Counted from the stretch's first letter, positions 34,836 to 49,383 are shown. The stretch is 64,000 bases of DNA from Octopus bimaculoides (GCF_001194135.2 NC_069005.1:1278224-1342223); one strand, 5' to 3'. Numbers and translations are program-made. The notes: generated from the letters alone by a model not told the origin.

Positions 34836-37484
34836 GTGTAGGTCATATATCATCATCATCACCATCATTTAACGCATTTTCCCATGCTAGCATGGGTTGG
34901 ACTGTTTGGAGCTGGTGAGCCGATCTCCATTGTCTGCTCTGGCATGGTTTCTGCGGCTGGATGCTCTTCCTAACACCAAACACTTTACAGAATGTATACT
35001 GGGTGTTTTTTTTTTTTTTACATGACATCAACACCGATGAGGCCATCTATCTTTCTGTATGTTTGTCTTTCTCCCTGTATATATATGTGTATATCATCAT
35101 CATCATCATCATTTAACATCTGCCTTCCATACTGTTGTGGGTTGGACAGTTTGAGCTGGCTGGGCAGGAGCCTGCACCTGCCTGTAAAAACCAGGCAGGG
35201 TTTTTACAGCTGGATACCCTTCTTAACACCAACCATCTGGCAAAGTGGACTAAGTGTTTTTTATGTGGTACAAGCACAAGCAAGATCAGTTTCGGCATGG
35301 TTTCTACAGCTGGATGTCCTTCTTGATGCCAACCACTCCGAGAGTGAAGTGGGTGCTTTTTATGTGCTACCGGCACAGGGACCAGTCCGGTGGGCCTGGT
35401 GTCGACCATGCTTGAACAGTGCTTTTTATGTACCACCGGCATGGGTGCCAGTTAGGTAGCATTGACATCAGCCACAACAGCGATTACAGCACTTTGTCTG
35501 ACGGTTGAAGGGAGCTCTTAAATGGGCTGGTTATGCGATGCTGGCATAGGCCATAGCTATGATCTCACTTAGCTTGTTGGGTCGTCTCAAGCACAGCATA
35601 TCTCCAAAGGTCTCAGTCACTTCTTATTGCCTCAGTGAGGCCCAACATTCAACAGGCTTCTTTCAGTTTCTATCTACCAAATCCACTCACAAGGCTTTGG
35701 TCAGCTCGAGACTATGGTAGAAGACACACTTGCCCAAGTTATGGCTGGGCTACGGAATTGCCCAGGGTTCCACTTCCATAAAGCACCAGCTTTGCAGCGT
35801 CACTTCAGACCCTATTGGCCAGTGGCCTATAACTTCTCTTCAAAGTGGAGAGAGAAAAGACCTTGTGGCTAGTTGTTGGACACACAGACAAAGGAAAAGG
35901 GTTAAGTGCAAAGGATTATCTCCCTTAGACTGCTATCCATAATCGACCTGGTCAGCTTGTGGGTCCCAGGACTTCAGTAGGAATCTGAAGTCTAAGTAGG
36001 GTCTGCAGACTTTCATCCTGGTATTTAAGGTGTTCCCCAGGGAGTTCTTTCATATTCTCGCCCATACAGCTTGCTATGTTTGCTCCCGTTGATGTAAGGG
36101 CCTGGTATTCAAAGGATCTTTCATAAGATTGTGTGTAGAGTCCTTTCATCCTTCCGGATCTGTGGTTGAAGAGGATCTCCTTGTTTGTGGAACATCCGAT
36201 GTATCTTCGAATACTGCTGCTGGCAATGCTGCTTCTGTTGATGTTGATGTTGATGCTGCTATTTCTGCTGGTGCTGGTGGTGCCCAAGGTTCCATGCTGT
36301 GGAACAGAACTTGAAACCATGTCGATGAGAATTGAACTTCTTATCTACACAACCATTGTCTGCTTTAGCAACATTTTTCCTTCCTGCACACATTGTTAGA
36401 AGTGAACGGTTAATTTTCAGTTCTGTGTTTTCAAGGATGTTCTTATTGTTTAGCCCCAAGCAAACCCCTGATCTAGGACAGTCCATCCATGACCAACATT
36501 CGTGAGATTCAATTCTACTTAAACCTAAATTTCATGAAAGTTAATTGCACATCCATGTATTAATTTTCCCTTTAACTTTCTCTTCGCTGACTTGCTTCAA
36601 TAAATCCCAGATAAATTTCTTTCCAGCTCTTTATTATGTTTTTTACATCAGAGATCCGTAATGAACTGAGATAGATGTTACTATAACCAAAGGACAATTT
36701 CAAACCTTGGAATATTCTTGGAACCCTTTCTTTTATTCCCATCTTCTCACTGAAATAAACTGCCTTTGTTTCAGCTAATTTTGAAAATAATGAAAACTTG
36801 TTTCAGTCATTTGACTGCGACCATGTTGGAGCACTGCCTTTAGTCGAACAAATCAACCCCAGGACTTATTCTTTGTAAGCCTAGTACTTATTCTGTCGGT
36901 CTCTTTTGCTGAACCGCTAAGTCATGGGGCCGTAAACACACCAGCATTGGTTGTCAAGTGATGGTGGGGGGTGGAACAANNNNNNNNNNNNNNNNNNNNN
37001 NNNNNNNNNNNNNNNNNNNNNNNNNNNNNNNNNNNNNNNNNNNNNNNNNNNNNNNNNNNNNNNNNNNNNNNNNNNNNNNNNNNNNNNNNNNNNNNNNNNN
37101 NNNNNNNNNNNNNNNNNNNNNNNNNNNNNNNNNNNNNNNNNNNNNNNNNNNNNNNNNNNNNNNNNNNNNNNNNNNNNNNNNNNNNNNNNNNNNNNNNNNN
37201 NNNNNNNNNNNNNNNNNNNNNNNNNNNNNNNNNNNNNNNNNNNNNNNNNNNNNNNNNNNNNNNNNNNNNNNNNNNNNNNNNNNNNNNNNNNNNNNNNNNN
37301 NNNNNNNNNNNNNNNNNNNNNNNNNNNNNNNNNNNNNNNNNNNNNNNNNNNNNNNNNNNNNNNNNNNNNNNNNNNNNNNNNNNNNNNNNNNNNNNNNNNN
37401 NNNNNNNNNNNNNNNNNNNNNNNNNNNNNNNNNNNNNNNNNNNNNNNNNNNNNNNNNNNNNNNNNNNNNNNNNNNNNNNNNNNN

Positions 37485-37617
37485 GCTACTACAGTTACTA
37501 TTTCAGTTGTTGCTGCTGCCACTACTACTACTACCACTACTACTACTACCACCACCACCACAATTTCCACTACCAACACCACCACTTCCACTACTACTAC
37601 CACCACTACTACTACTG

Positions 37618-37650
<33 letters not shown>

Positions 37651-37955
37651 AAATTGCTGCTGCTGCTTTTACCACCACCACCACCACAATATCTGCTGCT
37701 GCTACTACTACTACTACTACTACTATTACTAGCAAGGAAAAAAAATTTCTGATTCCGAGAGTGATTTCATATATGCACTCATTCCAGTATCTGTGTTTCT
37801 CTGTGTGTGTGTGTGTGTGTTGCTGTGTGTGTATGTGTTGAGCTGAATGCCTCGTATATGTTTATGTAAAAGTGTGTCTGTATATATATATGGGAACATG
37901 TATAAATGTTTATGTTAAGAGTGTGTGTGTGTGCATGTGAGTGTGTGTGACCTCT

Positions 37956-37992
<37 letters not shown>

Positions 37993-38055
37993 CAGCAGCA
38001 GTAGTAGTAGTAGTAGTAGTAGCAGTAGTAGTAGTAGTAGTCGTCGTCGTTGTGG
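37485..38055. repeat. (ACT/ACC/GCT)n tract followed by an inverted (AGT/AGC)n tract
   Basis: Seen directly at 37485-37730 and 37955-38055. Confidence 0.95.
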
Positions 38056-39249
38056 TAGGGGAAGGAAGAGGAGACAGCTTAGCACTTTCTGTTTTTACTG
38101 ACTTCAATGAGTTATTCCCATGACAAAATATGTCATTGACTATCAAAAGTCATTTCCTCCACTCTCGACACCACCACCACCACCTTCGCCGCCACCACCA
38201 CCACCACCACCNNNNNNNNNNNNNNNNNNNNNNNNNNNNNNNNNNNNNNNNNNNNNNNNNNNNNNNNNNNNNNNNNNNNNNNNNNNNNNNNNNNNNNNNN
38301 NNNNNNNNNNNNNNNNNNNNNNNNNNNNNNNNNNNNNNNNNNNNNNNNNNNNNNNNNNNNNNNNNNNNNNNNNNNNNNNNNNNNNNNNNNNNNNNNNNNN
38401 NNNNNNNNNNNNNNNNNNNNNNNNNNNNNNNNNNNNNNNNNNNNNNNNCACCACCACCACCACCTTCGCCGCCACCACCACCATCACCACCTCTTAAGTT
38501 GACAGTTTTTTTTCTTTTTTTTTTTTACTTGGGGATAAAAATCTTCAATGGCAGTCTTTTGGTGTATTTATTAATATTAGGGGCAGCGAGCTAGCAGAGT
38601 TGTTATCCTGCCGGACGAAATGTTTGCCAGCATTTCATCTGTCTTTATGTCCGTCTTGATGTTCTGAGTTCAAATTCCACCGAGGTCGACTTTGCCTTTC
38701 ATCCTTTCAAAATTGATAAAATAAGTACCAGCTGCATACTGAGGGTTAGTGTAATGAACTTGCCCTTTCACTTAACTTTCAGGCCTTGTGTCTGTAAGTA
38801 GAAAAGATTATTGTTATTATTATTATTATTATTATTATGATGAGTGAAGGTGGGTGAGCTGACAGAACCGTTAGCACACCGAGTGAAATGCTTGGCAGTA
38901 TTTCGTCTGCTGCTACGTTCTGAGTTCTAATTCCACCAGGGTTGACTTTGCCTTTCATCCTTTCAGGGTTGATAAATTAAGTACCAGTGAAATACTGGGG
39001 TCGATGTAATTGACTAGCCCCCCCGCTCACCTCCAAAATTTCAGGCCTTGCGCCTATAGTAGAAAGAATTATTATTACTATGAGTTTTTTCTTCTTTCAA
39101 TTTTATTTCCATTTCTTGCCGAGTGTCTTCCTGACACCTAGGGCAAAGAAACTCACTGTATTCATTTGATGGATCATTAAAATAAACGAACCAGATTGTT
39201 CATTTACAAAATCAAATTAAGTTATGTAGCAAAAAATTATTTACATGGA

Positions 39250-39410
39250 TGGTAATCATTCTGACAGCGATAGTGTTCTTCTCAATACGTGTGACGTACC
39301 AGTTAAAACAACTTTTTACACTTCTGGCAGGGATCCTTCTCAAATAAGTTTCTGCTCCTTTTTTTACTATTTCTAGTGCTCCTAAAATCACTGGTATCAT
39401 AACCCCCTTG
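39250..39410 (-). mobile_element. R4/Dong-like (restriction-like endonuclease) non-LTR retrotransposon C-terminal fragment
   Basis: IPVILGALEIVKKGAETYLRRIP matches the IPVVIGALG…L..IP terminus of RLE-type LINEs. Confidence 0.7.
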
Positions 39411-39489
39411 AGATGTCACATGCATTTGATTTCATTGAGCAAATCTTTATATTTTTTTAATATTATGTTTTATTATTATTATCTTTATT

Positions 39490-40140
39490 ATTGAGTGAGA
39501 GTGCAGCACAAACCACCATAATGATGCTGGGGTACAGATATACAAAGCCCAATATACCCATCATGACTACTTGTCGGATAAGGGTACACCAGGCACATGC
39601 ATGACATGGTGACCTCATGTCAAGATAAACAGCATATGACCTCGCAGATGGGGTCCAGTTAGAATTTTCTTCAGGTCAAGTAGCCCATCCCACTTAAAAG
39701 GTCCCTGAATAAGGGTTGTTGAAGGATGATGAACAGAACACCCATGTTTCCAGAGGTGAATTGTTCAACCCCAAAGAATTTCTCTCAACACATGACTATG
39801 GTGCTCCACCTCTATTTCTGCTCATGATCAGAGATGCACATATCGTCAGCCAGTAAGGGACATGCTCAGCTGGTTAATCAGACCCTCTCTCTCTTACTGG
39901 GTACCTATGTACCTCCTCTATAGCAAGACCCCTATTTCTTCCTCCCTATTTCTCTATCACACTCTAACCTTTCATCTGATACTGGATCACCTCCTCCAAT
40001 TCCTCCTCCGTTATAGCAAGACCCCTGTTTCTGCCTCTCTGTCTCTTTGTCACCCTCTAACCTTTCATCCTCTGACACGAGTTCCCATTCTCAAATGCCC
40101 CCCTGCCTCTCTCATAATCCCTTGTCTTGCGAGTTACTAG
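39490..40140. repeat. Interspersed repeat block (probable retroposon terminal regions)
   Basis: GC-richer non-coding block between SINEs, resembling abundant Octopus repeats recalled from memory. Not duplicated within this window. Confidence 0.4.
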
Positions 40141-41440
40141 GTAACCCTGTCAGTGCTGGTGCCATGCAAAAAGCATCCCAGTCCACACTGTAAAGTGGTT
40201 GGCATTTGGAAGGGTATCCAGCAGTAAAAATCAAGTCAAAACTAACCTCACCTGTGATAACACCACATAAAAAGCACACTGAGCCCTCTCTAGTGAGGGG
40301 TTGGTGTTAAGAAGGGCATCCAGCCATAAAAACCCTGCCAAAACAGACACAGTAGCTTAGGGTAGTTTTTCTACTTGGCCAGCTTCTGTCAACCGTCCTA
40401 CCCATGCATGCATGGAAGGTGGATGTTAAACTATGATGGTGATGGTGATGATGATGGTGGTGGTGATGATGTTGGTGGTGGTCGTGGTGGTGATGATGAT
40501 GATGATGATGATGATGATGACTATCATAATGCTTTTCACTAAAATGTGTGTGGGGGGGGGGGGGTTCTGTCTGTAAGTATTGCACTTATTGTTGAAAATG
40601 ATTCCCTTTTACGAACCAGTTATTGTTGCCTGTCTTGTTCCTTTGTGTTACAGAACCAGCCACAACTGGTTGTTTTTTTTTATATTTTTACTTTCCTCTT
40701 TTTTTTGAAACTGGAACTTGATAAATAAATAAATAAACCAATTAAAAGATTGTATCATCTTTGTGCGTCAGTAAGCAAAAGGTGGAAGTAGGAGGTGGTG
40801 GTTTAAAGAGCTGAACTGCTTCTACCAGTCCAACCCTTCACTTCACCAGCACCGAGTACCCCCAGTACCCTTCTATATGTCAAAAATGCATCTGTCCTTG
40901 CCCTGAACTACGTTGGATAGTACCACCACCACCACCACCACCATCATCATCATACCCATTTTTCTGTGCTTGCATGGATCAGACAGAATTTGTTGAGGCA
41001 GATTTTCTATGGCTGGGTACCCTTCCTGTCACCAACCATTATCTTGTTTCCAAGCAAGGTAATATTTCCCCATGGCAAAACATGTTTATGGCAGAATATT
41101 GAAAATGAATGACACTACTTGTATGATGGTGACACTCGTTTACAGCTGTTGTGTGACGTTAAGGCCAAGAAACAGTCATGCATGCACACACATACCACAC
41201 ACAATGGGCTTCTTTCAGTTTCCATCTACCAAATCCACTCACAAAGCTTTGATCAGCCTTGAGCTATTGTAGAAGACACCTGCCTAAGGTGGGACTGAAC
41301 CTGGAACCATGTGGTTGGGATGCAACCTGATGTTTTTTTCTTACCCCAGTTTACAGATTCTAACTAATTCAAAGAAGCAGTAGATCATTGAAGTAAATTA
41401 CTTGTGACATTTACTTTTGTTACTCTTCCGCTTTACCTTT

Positions 41441-41499
41441 TTATTTCTCAGCGATTATTACGAATACCAGTAATACACAGAGGGATGATCCCCAGTTAA
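41441..41499 (-). CDS. Possible terminal exon (F)NWGSSLCVLLVFVIIAEK* (hydrophobic C-terminus)
   Basis: Acceptor aaatattatag|, phase 1 matches 42388, AATAAA overlaps the stop. Short, so chance is possible. Confidence 0.2.
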
Positions 41500-42387
41500 C
41501 TATAATATTTCTCATAAACCAAAATTGGTCACATCGTTTAGTCAAATGAGATCAATAATATTATTTCTGTTTATGATCCCATTTTCTTGAGGATCATATG
41601 CACATATACACATATTTAGTGTATATATATATGTGTATATGTGCGCTCTACACCTCATTGGTTTGTTAGCTAGAAACTCTGCTTCCCACGTTGCTGTTCG
41701 TTTTTGATATCTAAGCAGGAGTTGTCTTGTTATTCTAACGGTATTTTTGTTTGTCGCTTACTCTCTCCTTCCTCTCTTGATTAATTATCAATAACCTTTG
41801 GATATCCTATTTAATGCTATGCTTTTAAAAAAAATGTGTTTTTTTTACATTTCTTAAGAAAATAATAGACTTAGAAGGAAGGGGATTCTATTACAGCGAT
41901 GTATAAGAAATCCGACTTATGCGAGGGGTGGTGTGACAAGCCAGGAGGGGAGGTGGGCGTTATATTTTGTAGAACAGAATTTGAGCCACTCTATGTGATC
42001 AGGATTGTAGCCTAAATTTTCTTGTGTCGTATGTTTTAAGAATTTTCCCACAAGTTTATTTCTTATTTTTCAACGATAGATAGATTAGTGTTCAAACAGT
42101 CACAATCTTATTTTAACATCTTTTCATTACATTTCTCTGAAATGACATTATTGCCTTCTTGTACGATTTTTATGGGAACTCTTTCAAAATACTATAACAC
42201 AACAACAACAAGAAAAATTCTAATAAAATTATAGTATTTCTGGAAGTTTTGGGGTAGCAACATTTAAGATAGGCTCTCTGGGGGTGGAGTTTTTTGTTAT
42301 TCCTTTTTATTATATTTGTTATTTTTTCCCTTTTATTAATTTGAAAATCATTTTTTGTTGTTGTTTTTCTCTTTTCATTCCGCTTAC

Positions 42388-42495
42388 AAAATTCAGTTCT
42401 TCCATTTGTAGTGCCAATGGCAGTTAACATCTTTCCATAAAGCTTCGTTGCAATCATTTCATGTTTCTTCATTAAATTTTTATTAAAATAGAAAT
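42388..42495 (-). CDS. Possible internal exon (FYFNKNLM)KKHEMIATKLYGKMLTAIGTTNGRTEF|, phase-1 end
   Basis: Strong donor TTTT|gtaagc and an open frame. The acceptor is uncertain (42495 or 42466). Confidence 0.3.
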
Positions 42496-43578
42496 CTTTG
42501 AATGTACTTTGAAAGGGTCATCCTTTTCATGACAATGATTGTTGTTGTTTTAATGTTCACTTTTCCATGCTCGCATTGGTCAGATAGAGTTTATTGAGGC
42601 ATTGTAGGGTAAGTGTGAGAAGCCAGATCTGGCCAGTTTGAACATAAAATAAGTAGAATATTTAGACTGGATATAACCAGTTTAAATGTTAAAGGATTTA
42701 ATATATAACTGGTCTGTATGTTGATTTGAACACCAGACTCGTTATTTTCAGTCAAGAAAATTCATTGTAAAATGGCCAACAGAGTTTTGGCAGATTGAGT
42801 AATGATGTCTGCAGAAATTGGGCCAATGAAATGGTCCAGTTTTTTGATGTTTGAGTGATGACATCACCACAGATCATCATCATCATCATCGTTTAACGTC
42901 CGCTTTCCATGCTGGCATGGGTTGGACGATTTGACTGAGGACTGGTAAACCAGATGACTCCCCCAGGCTCCAACGATCCAATTAAATTTGTACTGGGGTG
43001 TATTAACACTTTTAGCATTCAGATTTCTTTCTCAAACATATTTATTCACATTGCTTTGAATTAATCATGCATTATCTTGTAGCTTCAAGATTTCAATGGT
43101 GCATTTGTATATTTTTAGAATGATATTGTAGAGTTGGTATGTGAGGTCAGATGTGGTCAGTTTTAGCATAAAATAGGTTGACTATTTGGGCCGGATATAG
43201 CTGGATTAAATGCTTACGGGTTAAAAGAGATCAGTTTTAGAGAGGCAGAGAGACAGGGTAAAAGAATGAATGGCAGGCGACTGACAGACAACAGAGAATA
43301 GAGACGGAGGTAGCTCTATGATAGATGAAAGTTTAAAGTTTAAAAGAAGGGGCTAGATAGAATAGAACAGGCTTCTTGCTGTGAAAGAGACACATGGCTA
43401 TTTTCATTATAACAAAGTGAGAATGGCTAGCCAGGAGAGATGAAGTGTGTAGAATTAGGTGTATTTGCCAAATATATATTGAGACTCTTGCAATTAAGAA
43501 ACCAAAACCTGTTAACTAATTGATGGATCAGCTGATAAATTCTGCACTTGGCTGTTTCACTTCTTCATACACTGTTAC

Positions 43579-43631
43579 ATAAAGTTGAAATCTTTTGTCA
43601 ACTGGTGCTTCTATGAGCCAATGATGTGGGA
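43579..43631 (-). CDS. Possible internal exon PHHWLIEAPVDKRFQLY
   Basis: Acceptor ataacttctctatgaag|, donor TAT|gtaaca, open frame in unique-looking sequence. Confidence 0.25.
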
Positions 43632-43986
43632 CTTCATAGAGAAGTTATTTAGTATATGCTTAGTACTGTAGGTAGTTAGTTAGTGTGTGTGTGTGTGTGT
43701 GTTGTGGGGCGTGGGGTGTGTTATTGGAATGTCCTGTGTGTCATGTCAGTCACACTCAGTAATAATGTATGGAAGCTTGAGAGAGAGAGAGAGAGAGAGA
43801 GAGTATATAAGTAAGTATACAGTTTTAGATATATTTAGCATTAGATGAGATCAGCAAAGGCCAGGAAATGACAACTCTTTTTTTATATTTTGTTTTTCTG
43901 TTTTGTCATTCTTATTTTTTGTGTGGTGTGTGTGTGTGTATACATGTATATGCACATATATATATATATGTGTATGTGTGTGCATG

Positions 43987-44023
<37 letters not shown>

Positions 44024-47000
44024 ATAAAGGGGCACTAAAATACAATGCGTAACCAGATTGGGCCCAGTAATAGTTATACTCATCCACACACACACACACA
44101 CACACACGTGCACATACACACACACACACACACACGCACGTGCACACACACACACACACAAATACAGGGAGTGAAAAGATGTCTTNNNNNNNNNNNNNNN
44201 NNNNNNNNNNNNNNNNNNNNNNNNNNNNNNNNNNNNNNNNNNNNNNNNNNNNNNNNNNNNNNNNNNNNNNNNNNNNNNNNNNNNNNNNNNNNNNNNNNNN
44301 NNNNNNNNNNNNNNNNNNNNNNNNNNNNNNNNNNNNNNNNNNNNNNNNNNNNNNNNNNNNNNNNNNNNNNNNNNNNNNNNNNNNNNNNNNNNNNNNNNNN
44401 NNNNNNNNNNNNNNNNNNNNNNNNNNNNNNNNNNNNNNNNNNNNNNNNNNNNNNNNNNNNNNNNNNNNNNNNNNNNNNNNNNTTTGGGGATAGAGGAGAA
44501 ATTTCAAAAATAATATTACAGAAATTCGGTTTCTTGGTGAATTAACATGAATATATATGAATATGTATACATACATACATGACAGGCTTCTTTCAGTTTC
44601 CATCTCTCAAATTCACTCACAAGGTTTTGGTTGATCCAAGGATACAGTTGAAGAAACTTTCCCAAGGTATCATGTAATTGGTTGGGAAGCTATGCCTATT
44701 TCTGTAATATAAATTTTGTCTATGAAGCTATATGGAACTATGGAGGCTATGATTTATCTTTCAATGTTAAATAAATCGTTGCTATCCACTTGAATGAATA
44801 TATTGTTTCACTTTTGTTGTTAACTTTCTACGAAAAGCCTCTTGTAGATTCCTAATTAGTTAAAAGTGAGGCTTTAAGTGGGATCTACTCAAGAGGGATA
44901 CGGAAACAGGCACATGCATGGCTGTGTGGTTAAAAAGCTTACTTACAACCATGTGGTCACAGGTTCAAAGCGACTGCATGGCACTTTGGGATGTGTCTTC
45001 TACTAAAATTCAGGGCTGACCAATGCTTTGCGCACATGCGCATGTATGTGCATATATGCATGCATGTGTATGTATATATATATGTAATCAAAATAAGCAA
45101 CAAGGATATCCAGAGGTAATGCAGTACGATCGTTTCATGCAGCTCCATTTAATTGAACAATGTAATCATTACATCAATTTAAAAATGCAGGACAATCCTC
45201 AGCTGCACAAAGACATAGAATTTAATTAAATTAGAACAGATGGACACTAATAATAGATTTCAAAGATATCACCAAAATCTTTCTACTCTTTTGAGGAAAA
45301 AAAATGTGTATGTATATATATTCCTTTGTGCTTGTCTTCATTACCACTTCACAATTGGTGTTAGTTTGTTTACGTTTCCATAACTTAGCGGTTTGGCAAA
45401 AGTGACCGATAGAACCAATACCAGACTTCAAAAAAGAGAAAAATACTGGGGTTGATTTGTTTGACTAAAAGCCTTCATGGTAGTGCCCCAGCATGGTCTC
45501 AGTCCAATGACTGAAAGAAGCAACAGAGAAACGGAAACACCTGTAGTGATACGAACTCTAGTATTACCAGACAGTAATTTCAAAAAATGTGGTTATTTTT
45601 TTTTTATTTCTTCCTGTTCTAACGATTAATTTAATGGACATTTTTTTTCCTCAAAAGAGTAGAAAGATTTTGGTGGTATCTTTGAAATCTATTATTGGCA
45701 AAATTCCTTATAAATCATATTTTTCTGACTTAAATTCTGTAAATTCTTTAAACATTTTTGTCATTTTTCAAAGCAGAAATATGCAAAAATGTTATTTATT
45801 TTTCTTATAAATGTTTAAAAAGAAAATGAAAAATAAAAATGTTAATGTAAAGTTAATCATTAGTGCAGTTAATTTAATCTTTTTTTTTTGTGTATTCTTG
45901 GTAGAATAAATACCAGGTTTACAAAGGATAAATCCAGGGAACGATTTCTTCGACTAAAATGCAGCAGTGCTTCAGCATGGCCACAATCGAAATGACTGAA
46001 AGAAGTAAAAGTGTAATGAACTAGAGGGCTGCTCTAATGTCTGCTTTGGCATGGTTGGATCCCCTTCCTAGTGCCATCCATTTCACAGGGTGTTCTCTGT
46101 GTTTTTATCATGTCAGATAATTAGAGAGAATGGTGGATGTATGTCCTCATTAAAATGAGGATGATTTACCTTTCGTCAAACATGTATTTTCAGTTTATAT
46201 TATATAGGGCCTGAGTAGAATGAAATGAGAGCACATCTCATGGCTCAAGGTGTCAATGCTCTATGTAGAATCTGAGTTGGTTCTGGTGTGGGGTTCACAC
46301 AGCCAGTTTTTTATAACCCTGGGCAAGTCTTTCTAGAACCTTCAAAGTATAATTTGGTGGGAAGCTTACTTAACTTTTCTTTAATGTTTGCCTCTGTTTG
46401 TTAATACATGTCTGCCAGTATGGATTGGTTGGTGAATCTTTGCATGGCTGTTCTGTTGTCTGAAAGAACCAGTCATGTCTTTTAAGGCGGTAAAATTAGG
46501 CAATTGTTTTAAACTAGAAACCCAAGTGAGGCAGTTTGAATCTGGTCAAAGCTTTGCTCCAATGTCATTGACTCGAGAAGGATGAAAGACTGAAAGTTGA
46601 CTACTGCAAAATTTGAATTCAAAAGAGTTTTGGTTAATAGCATTAAATAATATATTTTATTGATTGTGATTTTAAAAAATTGGTAAAATGTAGCAAAATT
46701 CAAACCTCTAGATTTTTTTTTTATATATATAAAAATATATTTCTGGCACTTTGTATTGCCATGAGTTGACAGTAGCCAGTACCTCGGGTCCTTGTAGAGT
46801 CAGTACAGGACATTTTGACAACCAATGTCAAAATGTGTTCAAATTATTCTTTGTATTTTGATGAATTAACGATTATTTGGCATCATCATCATCGTTTAAC
46901 GTCCGCTTTCCATGCTGGCATGGGTTGGACGATTTGACTGAGGACTGGCAAGCCAGATGGCTACGCCAGGCTCCAATCTGATCTGGCAGAGTTTCTACAG

Positions 47001-47752
47001 CTGGATGCCCTTCCTAATGCCAACCACTCCAAGAGTGTAGTGGGTGCTTTTACGTACCACCGGCACAAGGGCCAGTCACACAATACTGGCAACAGCCATG
47101 CTCAAAAAGGTGTATTTTACGTGCCACCTGCACGGGAGCCAGTCCAACGGTACTGGCAACGACCTCGCTCGAATGATTTTCTAACGTGCCACCAGCACAA
47201 CATGCTAGAAGGCAATTTTTCTTTATTGTAATTTATGTCAAAAAAAAAAAAATTTGTCACTAAATGAAACCCCAGTTATCATCACCATCATTTTGATGCT
47301 CACTTTTCCATGACTGCATCGATCGTATGGCTTCTGTTGATTTATGATTTGCCAATCATAAAACAAAGTGAAAAATTAAAAAAGAAAACATAATAACTAG
47401 TCAAACACTTATCTTAAGCAAAAGGTAAGACGGGGGTGACGTGAAAGGAAGTGTTATATATCCTTTTCCTTTTCCCATCTGTTCTTTCTTTGTTTTGTAA
47501 GTTACTTAGCAACCTCTCTGGTGTTGGTGGCGCAAAAGAAAAAAAAACAAAAACAGCCAGTAAATTCTGAAAAGTGGCGTTAGGAAAGGCATTCAGTCAT
47601 AGAAACTATGCCAAAGCTGACACGGATGCAGCCTTGCATTTCATTGAATCTTGTTGTACCATTCAACCCATGCCAGCATTGAAGACAAATATCATATGAT
47701 GATGATGATGATGATGATATATTGAGTATGTATGTGTGTGTTTCCTTGATAT

Positions 47753-47785
<33 letters not shown>

Positions 47786-47819
47786 GGAATGGGAGACAAT
47801 ATATGTGTATGATTTTTTA

Positions 47820-48240
47820 CAGTGTATATACAAAGTTAGATTAAAGTTAGTGGAAGATGTGCTCTATCAAATTGTAGATTTAGTGTTTAGTGAGATATTT
47901 AAAAATATATTGATTAAAAATGGTGGAGATTTTCTGCCTAAGAAGAGGTGTATGAATTGGAGAAAAGATAGCCTGAAGGTGGTAATTTAGTTTGTGGTTT
48001 CTTATTCATATGCTTCCTATGCAAATGAAATATATAAACAAGTTAAGGCGTCACCATGGGTGGTTACTGCAGTCTCTTATTTGCTGACTTATATTTATCA
48101 TCATAACAGTTTAGTCTCTTAAATAGTATAACAAAAAAGGTAGAACTATTTAAGCCACTGATTTATAGATATACAGATGATATATTTGGTGCTAATTATG
48201 ATTGTCTTGAATATTTACTTTGTGAAATTTCTCATTGTGT
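47820..48240 (+). mobile_element. Penelope-like reverse transcriptase remnant
   Basis: Translates across frameshifts as …LYQIVDLVF…IYKQV.GVTMGGYCSLLFADLYL…IYRYTDDIF, matching the PLE RT motifs GxxMG and YRYxDD. Confidence 0.75.
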
Positions 48241-49383
48241 TTTGGAAGTAGCCAGAACTGGCTGACATTTAAAATGTGAATTATTTCAGTGTTATAATTG
48301 AGAGTTCTTTTCTTGTTCCAGTCATTAGGCTGCAGCCATCCTGGGGCATTGCTTTGAAGAATTTTTAGTCAAATTAATTTACCCCAGCACCATTTTTTTA
48401 AAACGAGGTACTTAATGTATCAGTCTCTTTTACCGAACTGTTAAGTTATAGGAACATAAACACACCAACACCAGTGGTGGGGGACAAACATATGCATGCA
48501 TGCACACATATATACATTGGGCTTCTTTCAGTTTCTGTCTACCAAATCCACTTGCCCAAAGTGCCACACAGGGGGATGGAACCCAGAACCATGTTGGTGT
48601 GCAACCTTCTTATCGCACAGCCACGCCTGCACCTACATCAACAAGTCAATAATAATTAAGGCTTATAATAAAACTTAATGATTTTAATTTCCCAGTGGCA
48701 ATGGTGCCTTAGGCATACAGTTTGAATTCCAGATAATTTGGGTGACTGCATTTTTCTGTCAGTCAGTTAATAAGGTATGATAGGATGGTTAATCATTTTC
48801 ATTTGTTTATAGATGAAATAAAATCATTCGGCAGAGTGAATGATTAAGCAAGGTTACTGAAGGAAATTGTTAATTAAACATTTTAATTGTAGACTAGTTA
48901 CACATTGGGATAATTTGAAGAAATTTTATGTTATTTTAAGCTTGCAATCGAGATGTGAGTTGGAAGTTTGCAAATAATCTTTTATTTGTTTTAGTCATTA
49001 GACTGTGGCCATACTGGGGCATCATCTTGAAGAATTTTTAGCTGAATGAATTAACCCCAGTACTTTTTTTTTTTTTTTTAAAGTTTGATCCTTATTCTAT
49101 CGATCTCCCTTGCTGAACCGCTAGATTATGGGGTCGTTAACACATCAGCAGTGGTTGCTGAGTGGGGGAAGACAGAGACAAACACCCACCCACACACATC
49201 AATATCCCAGCAACCTACAGTTTCTATTAATAGAAAAATTGACCTATCCTGTTCTTGTCATCAAAGAAATACCTTATTAATCAACTTTAAGCCACTGGCC
49301 ATGAGTAACAAGGAGCTCTATTTGGCCCACACACACATGTACATAGACATTCATATTAATTCATTCATGTAATGACCTTCCTG

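Noticed and set aside
36951-37841. Thr-rich mucin-like ORF
   Set aside because: It consists mostly of N-gap plus a trinucleotide microsatellite.
38165-38490. Near-identical CAC/CGC sequence on both sides of a gap
   Set aside because: Probably overlapping contig ends or a collapsed microsatellite rather than a biological duplication.
46380-46605. Long minus-strand frame interrupted by a single TGA (selenocysteine readthrough idea)
   Set aside because: There is no selenoprotein motif, no SECIS was seen, and the other frames are similarly open by chance.
47822-47980. Apparent 159-nt plus-strand exon with good splice sites
   Set aside because: The frame continues into GVTMG and YRYTDD motifs, so it is a Penelope RT remnant.
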